A DNA stretch of 64,000 nucleotides from contig OZ024745.1 in assembly GCA_964016885.1 (NCBI GenBank), forward strand, positions 98,518,001 through 98,582,000, given 5' to 3'. Below the pieces are notes generated by a model that worked only from the letters and a program-made list of their open reading frames with translations, was not told the DNA's origin and made no database searches. Shown here one piece after another: positions 53,201 to 64,000 of the stretch (its first letter is position 1; each line of letters starts with the position of its first letter). Both the position numbers and the translations under genes were made by a program. Origin of the DNA: Eledone cirrhosa. Its lineage: Eukaryota.

Positions 53201-53520
53201 TGTTTCTTTTAGGGACCTATAAGTTTGTATAGGGTCCCTAATCAGTTTTAGGTTCGGTTTTTTATTATTTTTATTAGAGTGTGTTTATTATTTTTATTAG
53301 AGGGTTGTTCGTGATGCTCTCCATTAGTGTTTTGTTTTCAGTGTTTATGTAAGTGTAAGTGTAATTTTCTTGTGCTGTGTTTGTTTTTGTCTGTAGTTCT
53401 TGTGTGTGCTTTCGTTTTGTTGTAGGTATTTGTGTTTGGCGCTGGGACACATGTGCGTTCAACAACACGTATTTCTCAGTCTTCTTAAGTATTTTGAAGC
53501 GAAAGATACACATTTTCCTG

Positions 53521-53597
53521 GATACCCGCAGAAGAGCACAGGAATAGTAACTTTCACTTAATTGTTGCGAAACAGATTTAGAATTTGTCCGGGTATC
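53521..53597 (+). ncRNA. Type I hammerhead, U4A core variant, full stem III
   Basis: Stem I GAUACCCG/CGGGUAUC; CAGAAGA; stem II GCA-CA/UG-U-UGC; GAA-ACAGAUU/AAUUUGU; GUC site. Confidence 0.7.
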
Positions 53598-53764
53598 ACG
53601 GCCATTGCCAATATAGGTTTGTTATTTTTATTGATTTATTATTTTAAATCGAGACAGGCAAACCATATTATGTTAAATTAGTATTTTTCAACCTAGCTAA
53701 CTTGGTCATTTGCAATTCGAACACATGTATAATTGTATAGTTGTTCATCCCTCATATATCCATT

Positions 53765-53797
<33 letters not shown>

Positions 53798-53803
<6 letters not shown>

Positions 53804-55587
53804 AGATTTGAATGGATACAGTTTAGTTGAAAGGAATTTATTGACACGTGTTTCTATAACAGTTACATAACCTAAAACAGCTGCTATCTACAAACTTTTA
53901 GTTATGCAGACATTCAATATTTCAATGTTATTATTTACTGTCATTTCATCAGAATAATATTACTGAGGACCTATTTAGTTTTTATAGAGAATATTAGGAG
54001 GGAGGGGTGAAGTTGTTAGAAGAATAGTTGAAGGAGTGGTTTTTCGATAGCAGTGAGAATTCTTGGTGGCAGTGAGTAATTAGATTCCCATCTGTTGTTT
54101 TGACATTTTTTATAGAATATATTATTGGTTATTTTTCTAAATCTATAGAAGGATTAGAGATAGTAAAGATATGCGTGGTTGGTTTTGTGTTTGCACTTAA
54201 TTAACATTCAGACTTAAATTTTTCTTTCAAATACGTAAATGTTGGGTCTAACCACCCCATCTCTATAATTAAATCTATCCCTAGAAATATTTCCCTTAGA
54301 ATCTCGGGTCTATCTTCTAACATACAAGTATTTAAGTAACACGCCGAGTACTACGATAACGCCCTTAGTAAAGCAGGCTACCTCAACAAAATAGAGTACA
54401 TAGATGGGAACAATCAAAACACCCAAAATAAATCCCACATAGGTAGATATAATAACACAACACCAAACCACACTTACTACCATAGTATGCACACCAGTAA
54501 ACCAACGAACAAAACTAATAGAAAGCGATGCAAAGAGTACTTATGGTATAACCCCGAATACAATAGTTCCATTAGTACAAATTTACCAGTACTCTTCTTT
54601 AAAATAATTAAAAGACATTTTCCCACATCACACAAATACCACAAAATCCTAAACCCTACCACTATAAGACTGTCATACTCTACAGCGTTAAACCTTGAAC
54701 AACACATAAAAAAGATCAATACTAGAAGGTTAAACGAAAACACTAAGAACTTAAGTACAAAGAACACAAAAAAAAACAGTAGACAATACACTACAGAACA
54801 TAAATAAACCACACCTAAGTTCGTCCGCAATACTACTCCAGAGAAAACCCAACGTACACAACTGTAACTGCACCTATCCTGACAACTGCCCCCTCGGCAA
54901 TAACTGCCTGGAAAAAAATATTATTTATAAGTGTACCATTAAATCCGGAGGCAATGAGTGGTATTACGTGGGATCAACGGCAACATCGTTTAAATCTCGA
55001 TTGTATAGGCATTCTTACTCAATAAAACACCAGAGCCAAAGAAATGTAACAACTTTAGCAGAAAAAGCTTGGACGCTCAGGGATAGCGATCAAAAGTTTA
55101 CCCTAAAATGGGAGAAATTAGCTTTTCCAGGAGCCAAAATTTCTGCAAATTGTGTAATCTTGAGATTTATTACATAATCACACACAAGAAGAAACTGCTG
55201 AATAACAGAATTGAACGAACATTATTCTGCCGTCACAGAACTAAAACCCTTTTTTCCCACTACAAGCCGAATATTACATAAAAGAGGGACATCCCCCAAC
55301 TATATAAACATTAATCAAGCTAGAAAAATATAAAAACAATCTCTTCTCAACATATATTAATAACCTTAAATTACCACACTCATAATGGAAATATATGCTG
55401 ATGAGAATAGGTGCAAATATGCGATAATGAATGTGTCTAAAAACGTCCATAAGTATGTATATATATGTGAAAATGTATATAAATAAGTAAATATATATAT
55501 ATGTTTGATGTGTATAGTTAGATGTAAGTGTATTCATGTATTAAAGTGCTTATATATATATGTATATGTATGTGTATATATATGTGT

Positions 55588-55677
<90 letters not shown>

Positions 55678-56407
55678 GTATATGTATGTATATATGTGTA
55701 TATAGATGTGTATGTATGTGTATGTGTGTACACATGGACTAGAGTAAGTATGTATATATGTGTGTGTCTATACGTGTGTATATAAAGATAAGTTGAGTAT
55801 GAAAATGTATACACATGAGCGCGTATGTATGTACATGAATACATGTGTGTATATATATGTGTATGCATGTGTATATATATGTAAGTATGAATATGTGAAT
55901 TGTGAGTATATGTATTTTGTAGAGGTGTGCAAATATATTTGTGTCTGAATGCGTGGGTGAAAGGATACGTACACTTGAAAGAAAAATTTAAGTCTGAATG
56001 TTAATTAAGTGCAAACACAAAACCAACCACGCATATCTTTACTATCTCTAATCCTTCTATAGATTTAGAAAAATAACCAATAATATATTCTATAAAAAAT
56101 GTCAAAACAACAGATGGGAATCTAATTACTCACTGCCACCAAGAATTCTCACTGCTATCGAAAAACCACTCCTTCAACTATTCTTCTAACAACTTCACCC
56201 CTCCCTCCTAATATTCTCTATAAAAACTAAATAGGTCCTCAGTAATATTATTCTGATGAAATGACAGTAAATAATAACATTGAAATATTGAATGTCTGCA
56301 TAACTAAAAGTTTGTAGATAGCAGCTGTTTTAGGTTATGTAACTGTTATAGAAACACGTGTCAATAAATTCCTTTCAACTAAACTGTATCCATTCAAATC
56401 TTTCTAT
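53798..56407 (+). mobile_element. Penelope-like element 1 (degenerate thumb + GIY-YIG, ~54300-55275) between 433-bp inverted repeats
   Basis: LWYNPEY..HFP..LSYS, CNC..CPL..C, IIYKC..YVGST, CRH; 53798-54230 is the reverse complement of 55975-56407. Confidence 0.8.
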
Positions 56408-56514
56408 TTTTCTCCGGATTACTTTTGGAACTACAACTGGAACCGTCGAGCAAACTCTACGTGAGCTGATAATCTACTGTGTGTAATATTTATATTACAA
56501 CACAACGGAAAATA

Positions 56515-56552
<38 letters not shown>

Positions 56553-56784
56553 TGTAGGTTGGTTTAACCCGTCTTTTATTATTCAAAAAACTTCTTGCCA
56601 ATAAATATTAACCCTTTGTGCGCCATTAATTTAACTGTAGACCAACAAACGATGGCGAATGAATATTCGAGATAAGCAGTTTCCTCCCGAGCTGTTAGTT
56701 CACGCGGGATTCTCTGCTACGCCTTTTCGTAATAATACCGAACAACGTACTGCTGGTCACTCCTTCCTCCAAAATCCGTACAAA

Positions 56785-56910
<126 letters not shown>

Positions 56911-57449
56911 ATATGTATATATCTGCGTTCACAGATTAATTTTTTTTATTTTCAGAAGATCCCGTTAATGTTGAAAGCAGCGATTCTTTGCTTAAACTTT
57001 ATCTTCTGAAACTAAAAAATTTAATCTGTGAACGCAGAAGTAAATATTTCGAGAAACGTTGCAACCGAAGGAAAACAGGAAGACGATATTTTGGTTCGTG
57101 AAGACGTTCCTAGCAATGAACGGAAAAAAAGCGAGGATAATACGTCGTTATGTGGAGCGTAAAGAACAATTTCATGCAAAGACAAGACCAAGTTTTTGGT
57201 ATAAATGGAGTCGTTAGACTAATATTCTATTTAAAATAACCGAATGATTTCCAGCCCCGGAGTTTAAGAATGATGTAAATAAAGTTGAAAACGAAAATGA
57301 CAGAGGTTATTAAAATAGTAAAAGTAAATAGTGAAGATTTAGGCCAGTGCATACGTATGCGCCGACGGACATACACATACATATACATACGCACACACAA
57401 ATACATACACACACACAAACACACACACACACACACACACACGCACGCA

Positions 57450-57888
57450 CGTGCGTGTGTGTGTGTAAGCCTTATGCATTTCTACAGTATTTTCACCAAA
57501 CTTAAGACATAGGTTACTTATGTACTTCGGATGGTCATGGGCACTTTCATTTTTCCAGATATTGATTATAGGGCCTTCCGGCAGATAACCCCCTTCAACT
57601 GCTTCCTTGGAGTCGACTGAAGCACTGCAGTGCAATGCAACAAAACGTCATAACTTCTGGAGTTCGCAACCGATTTTCACAAAACTTAACACATGGGCTA
57701 CGTTTGTTCTACAGATGAATGTCAATTGGCACATATTGAGTAAGGGACCCCTGGGGGCAGGAACCACCTTTGGGAAAAAGCCGATGATTTTGTAAAAGTA
57801 TAGTTTTCGAAGCAGCACTGAAGTATTGACATAAATGGTATACATAACTGCTATTAAATACCCGAGCAACGCCGGATACCTCTGGTAG
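57450..57888 (+). mobile_element. Non-autonomous Helitron-like element
   Basis: 3' CCCGAGCAACGCCGG hairpin and GTAG|T; TTTTCACCAAACTT internal motif. Confidence 0.6.
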
Positions 57889-58128
57889 TATATATATATA
57901 TATATATATATTCTAGTCGATCGACTTTCGTCAAATCGGACCGAGGAAACTATGTTTCCGTTGGTCTTTCCAATTGCTAATACTATCTATCGGTCGCAAC
58001 TCCAGGTAGAAGGAGCAACGTGAAATAAAGTGTCTTGCTCAAGGACATAACGCATCTCCTGGTTCAGGAATCGAACTCACAACCTCACGATTGTGAATCC
58101 AATACTCTAACCACTCAGCCACACGCCT

Positions 58129-58163
<35 letters not shown>

Positions 58164-58167
<4 letters not shown>

Positions 58168-58373
58168 CAAACCCTACAGGCAGAAATCTGGGACCGCTAT
58201 GGGAACGAAAACAGCCCCCACTTATGCCAACCTAGTCATGGGATACCTGGAAATCACCCTCTACACTAAAGTCCTAAACAAATTTGGAAACACCCTCCAC
58301 TTACACATTGAAAGGAACTGGAAGCGATATCTAGATGACTGCTTCATCCTTTGGCACGAAAACATCGAAAAAA

Positions 58374-58405
<32 letters not shown>

Positions 58406-59967
58406 ACAAACCCTACAGGCAGAAATCTGGGACCGCTATGGGAACGAAAACAGCCCCCACTTATGCCAACCTAGTCATGGGATACCTGGAAATCACCCTC
58501 TACACTAAAGTCCTAAACAAATTTGGAAACACCCTCCACTTACACATTGAAAGGAACTGGAAGCGATATCTAGATGACTGCTTCATCCTTTGGCACGAAA
58601 ACATCGAAAAACTTAAAGAATTTCACACCCTTATAAATGGGCTCAACACAAATATTAACTTCACGATGGAATACAGCCATCAACAACTCCCCTTCCTCGA
58701 CATCCTCATTAAGATCCATAACAAAAAAATAGAAACAGACATATACTACAAGCCCCCAGACTCCAAGCAATATCTCCCCTTCAACTCTTGCCACCCTAGA
58801 CACGTTAAAATTAATATTCCCTACAACTTAGCCAAGAGAATCTGTACTATAGTCTCCAATAAAAACATCTGCTACTTACGGCTACAAGAACTAAAGGACA
58901 CACTCATAGGCAGGGACTACCCTGCATCACTAATTGACAATGGAATCCAACGTGCCCTAAAACTCAGTACCCAGGACCTTAGACACCCTAAAGTAAATCA
59001 ACCAAAACTAAAAGCTCTTCCATACATCTCCACACACAACCCCTTCAACAATGAGGCCTTTGACACCATCCTCCAGAACATCCCTGTATTGAAAAAGGAC
59101 CATAGAATGAACCAAATTCTACGAACACATGATATCATAAAGAGCAAAAGACAATCCAAGTCAATGAAAAACATCTTAACACATGCCAAAGTACTGCCAA
59201 CCACAACAACGAAACCCACAGTAAAAAAATGTGATAGACCCAACTGTGGCATTTGCATCAACCTAATAGAGGGTTCTGAATTCTATTTCAAAGATGGACA
59301 ACGTTTTATAGTAAAACACAATTTCACATGTGCATCGGAAAATCTAATATATGTATTAACTTGTTCAGGTTGTCGAGAACAATACATAGGCCAGACCAAA
59401 AACAGCCTCCGCCAACGCATGACTGTCCATAGATCCCAAATCAAAATACGGGAATACAGAAAAATACCACTGAGTGAACACATTGATACCTGTGCCGCCC
59501 AAAATCATCCCAACTTCAGAATCTTTCCCCTCTACAAATTTAAAGATAATGCCACCCACACCCAGCGCATCAGCAAGGAATCTTACTTCATTAACAAATA
59601 CGGACCCCGTCTAAACACTTCTCCCTAAGACGAACCCACAACATACATACGTCAACATACATACCTACATCAGCACACATCTCTACCCACATATAAACAC
59701 AATGACACACGTAAACACACATGCTCAATGGTGCAATACAAAAAAATATATGTGCATATATATGTATGTATATATGTATATATATATATGTGTGTAGTGG
59801 ATATATGTGTGTATATATATATAGTGAATATCATTTCACACCTTTTATTGTTAAGATTTTTGATGTTCTATTAAGAGAACCGATTTTACTGAAAAAATCG
59901 AATAATGTACACCATTTTACCAGGGGGAAAAAAATACTGGTCCACCCCTACACACCCATTTATATTC

Positions 59968-60009
<42 letters not shown>

Positions 60010-60290
60010 TAACAGATTAAAGTTTAAGCAAAGAATGGCTGCTTTCACCCTTTCTTTGCTTAAACTTTAATCTGTTATTTTAATAAATATTTGCTCTACG
60101 GTTCATATATATTTGGTATATATTTATCCTTATCGAGCCCTCTTTGGAATTTAGTCTTCAAATTCATTATTACTATATATATATATACTATCTGGCAGAT
60201 GGGTAAACGGTGCTGATGATAGCTAACAAGCTTGAAACTAGTACATCGTTCCTGTGTCAGTGTTGAATAAAAAGGTGACGTGGTTGCCTT
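58164..60290 (+). mobile_element. Penelope-like element 2 (Naiad/Neptune-type), 5'-truncated, with pLTR
   Basis: Open ORF to 59628: GTAMG, RYLDD, LPFLD, SCHP, Cx4CxxC linker, LIY..CSGC..YIGQT GIY-YIG. Confidence 0.92.
60206..60250 (+). ncRNA. Minimal type I hammerhead in pLTR of Penelope element 2
   Basis: Stem I AACGGUG/CAUCGUU; CUGAUGA; AGC/GCU; GAAA; palindromic ACUAGU; GUA site; AATAAA at 60266. Confidence 0.88.
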
Positions 60291-60407
60291 AACACCGTAT
60301 GGCATAAATTCAGGCTGTTCAGTTTGTTGACAAACGAACAAAGCGGCGTTATAATAAGCGTCCGCTAAACTGATGCGTGCATATATATATGTGTACCTGT
60401 ATGTATA

Positions 60408-60499
<92 letters not shown>

Positions 60500-60610
60500 T
60501 GCTACTGTACGTCTGTATACATATATGTATGTACGTATACATACATACTTACATTTAAGTAAGTGCCATACTAAGAGTGAGAAATGAAATTTCGTTTTCA
60601 TTTTTTTCAA

Positions 60611-60912
<302 letters not shown>

Positions 60913-60974
60913 TGAGAGGATTTATGTATCGTAAGAGAGGAGAAGGGGGAGGAGGAGAGAGAGGGAGTGAGAGA

Positions 60975-61017
<43 letters not shown>

Positions 61018-61317
61018 GTGATACAGTATGCTAAATGCTGATAGCTAAAGCGAGGTGAGCAGTGTTAAATATTAAACAGGGGGTAATATTTAATGAAGGA
61101 GTAAAGCAGAGCAGGTATAAGCAAAATGAATAAATGAGGGAGTTGCAGTTCGTTTAAAACCAAATGTTGCTTCTTACATTATGTTTCAACTATACCACAG
61201 CAAGTAACGTTGTTTACGCACATGTAAGCTGTTACCGCCGTGGTATAGATTCCTTAGAGAAGATATAATTGTTAATACAGATGCCAATGGAAGTTGGTCT
61301 AACCAGCCAATCTGGTG

Positions 61318-61414
<97 letters not shown>

Positions 61415-61499
61415 CTTGTGTGTAAAAAGTAAAGAAATCACAAAATAAATGACACAGTACAATGAAGAAATATTTTAGTTTAACGCTTAATATATAGGG

Positions 61500-61535
61500 T
61501 CCTTACGTTTTGGACACTAATCGTTCATCAGAAAA
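61500..61535 (-). ncRNA. Degenerate minimal hammerhead
   Basis: CUGAUGA..UCC-AAAACGUA; GAAA mutated, weak stems. Confidence 0.4.
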
Positions 61536-62236
61536 TATAATTAAAAAAATAAAAGGTTCAATAGAAAGATAGAGAGGTTTAGAAAGGGAGGTAATTATTG
61601 TATATGTTAAGTGAACATCCAAGTACGTGTGTGCATATGCAGGGGCATGTGTGCACGGGCGTGTGCGCGTGTATGTGTATGCACGTGTAGGTTTGTTCGT
61701 TTGTTTACCCAACGATTTGAAGGATGGACGTTGAACTGAGACGGGGCTGGCTGCTGTGAGAATTTGATTTGTGAGTGAGTGCGCGCGCGTGAACTGACCA
61801 ACTTAGGGAGGTATATAAATATCTATATAAAATTCTGCGTATACATATGTAGCAGGAGTTGCCTTCCTTGTTGTGACACTCATATCACCAATAGAGTAAC
61901 GCTCGCTAGACAGGAAGTAGCTGGAGTTGCTTCCCGTTGGGGTGATAGAACCCTTTTTATCACTTCCGGCAGAACCCTATAAAACGAATAACTTTCAGCT
62001 CTATTTTGTTATACATACATACACTACATACACACATACGTAAAACAGTTGCAAAGGGTTATATAAAGAGGGTAGCGAATATATTTAATTTCGTGGTATG
62101 GCCGTGAGAGAAAGCGCTTAGTTTTGAGTACGTCGATACATCTGAACTATAAAGTCGAAACGGCAAGAGCTCAGTCGTCGGGCCCCGACTCTTTCTAATA
62201 TGTATGTGTGTGTGTGTATATCTATATATATCTATC

Positions 62237-62308
<72 letters not shown>

Positions 62309-62311
<3 letters not shown>

Positions 62312-62663
62312 GTGTACCCAGGCATTTGTAGTCCCGAGATTCGTGGTCCCGGTTATTCGCGGAATTTTCCTTATAATTTAACTAATAATTACTCGTGGAA
62401 ACCACCGCAGATTTTTTTAAAGGCTTTTTTCGTGGCAATATATATATTTTTTAACACTAAATTATTAATAACAATATAACGTCTTCGCCGGCCTATTGGA
62501 CGCCCTTCGCATAAGACGCTCCCTCTTTTTTTATTAGATTTTACGTTATATTTTTTACGTTTATAGGCATTTTTATGGACCACGTCCAATATTTGCGGTT
62601 TTTCACTCTTTTCACTCTTCTCGGGTGCTCTAGGAACGTAACCTCCCGCGAATACCGGGGGAC

Positions 62664-62667
<4 letters not shown>
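62309..62667. mobile_element. Tigger/pogo-like MITE in (TA)n
   Basis: Right end reads TAGTTGTCCCCCGGTATTCGCGGG on minus; degenerate CAGTGTACCC left end. Confidence 0.55.
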
Positions 62668-62716
<49 letters not shown>

Positions 62717-62721
62717 CACAT

Positions 62722-62798
<77 letters not shown>

Positions 62799-62895
62799 TT
62801 TAGGACTAACCAAAGAGTGCTTAGAAATACATTGTTTTATTAGCTAACAGTGTTATATATATATATATATATATATAATATTTGTATTTATTATG

Positions 62896-62964
<69 letters not shown>

Positions 62965-63595
62965 TATAGTTCAAGGAAACAACAGAGGTACAAAAAGTTT
63001 TATTCGTTTCATGCTTTATATGGAAACGAGGAAAGAAGTGCGTGTGTTCGCCCCATTAACCTTAGCAATTGTCTTCAGTATACCTACACATAGTCCTATA
63101 TATGAACATACACGCAAGTTTGTATTCGTCCACGTGAGGAATGAAAAGCATTATTTGAACTATTATATATGAAAGTATTAAGCCATTAAAAGGGTGATGT
63201 GGTGGAGAGACTACGACATGACACAAAACGGTAGGGTGCCACCACTTTTAATATCACAGACATTAAGGTTTTTGTTGTTTGACTTCTGAGTTCAAATGTC
63301 GTAGGTTCGACTAAACCTTATGACTAACTGATCTCTCTTTGTCTCTCTCTCTCTCTCTCCCTCGCTCTCTCTCTCCCTCGCTCTCTCTCTCCCTCTCGCT
63401 CGCTCTCCCTCTCTCTCTCTTGCTCTCTCTCTCTCTCTCTCTCTTGCTCTCTCTCTCTCTCTCTCTCTCTCTTTGTGTGTATATATATAATTATACACAC
63501 ACACACACACACACACACATATAGATACATATATATAACTGTATGCAATCGCCTCCTGTATCTTGTTCGTTCATTTTCAACTATATATATATATA

Positions 63596-63741
63596 CTAGC
63601 AGAATGGCCCGGCGTTGCTCGGGATTTGCTCTAGAGTTCTTATATATTTGATATATATTTATCCTTATCGAGCCTCGTGAAATAAATACGTTTGTTTATA
63701 TTTTGTTATTGTGTATGCAAAAATATCTGTACACGAATATA

Positions 63742-63809
<68 letters not shown>

Positions 63810-64000
63810 AAACCTGTTAGTTCTTTCGTATTGTGTGTTAGATTTTGCCTACCACAATGATTAATTTGTCAAGCTATTTAAACGTATGTTATTACTCTAA
63901 GGACCTACCCTTGTCGAGTGCTTTGCTAACTCATTCATATCGTAGGTCCAATTTGCTTGCACACCGCCAAAGATTCGATTTTACTAAGCCTCCAATTATA
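63596..64000 (-). mobile_element. Non-autonomous Helitron 3' end
   Basis: Reverse complement of CCCGAGCAACGCCGGG..TGCTAG|T, as at 13121 and 33079. Confidence 0.75.

Noticed and set aside
57913-57980. Minus-strand GAAA-GUCGAUCGAC-UA half with long hairpin
   Set aside because: No CUGANGA found; at most a remnant.
58403-59700. Selenoprotein-type Naiad element
   Set aside because: No in-frame UGA in the ORF and no SECIS recognised.

Overview
AT-rich, microsatellite-dense eukaryotic DNA, most likely an octopod cephalopod genome (inferred from the tRNA-derived SINE families and repeat landscape). It has no prokaryotic genes, rRNA or CRISPR. Most of the window is transposon debris: about 30 copies of two tRNA-derived SINE families; CRE, R4/Dong, RTE, CR1 and Tx1/L1 non-LTR fragments; a PIF1-helicase Helitron plus non-autonomous Helitrons; hAT/Tigger MITEs; and two different Penelope-like elements (RT/GIY-YIG). 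Four phase-compatible minus-strand exons of a coiled-coil host gene can be threaded through it. The most striking signal is not in the ORF track. About a dozen sequence-distinct type I hammerhead ribozyme motifs occur here: six near-intact, the rest with core lesions. Most have palindromic stem III and several have an adjacent AATAAA. One has a ~90-nt stem II and one has a U4A core variant. Many fold-back palindromes also occur, several centred on or ending in hammerhead halves. A cluster of R4/Dong LINEs and a 610-bp non-autonomous retroelement all sit in (CATA)n microsatellite. All calls were made by eye; no search or folding program was run.
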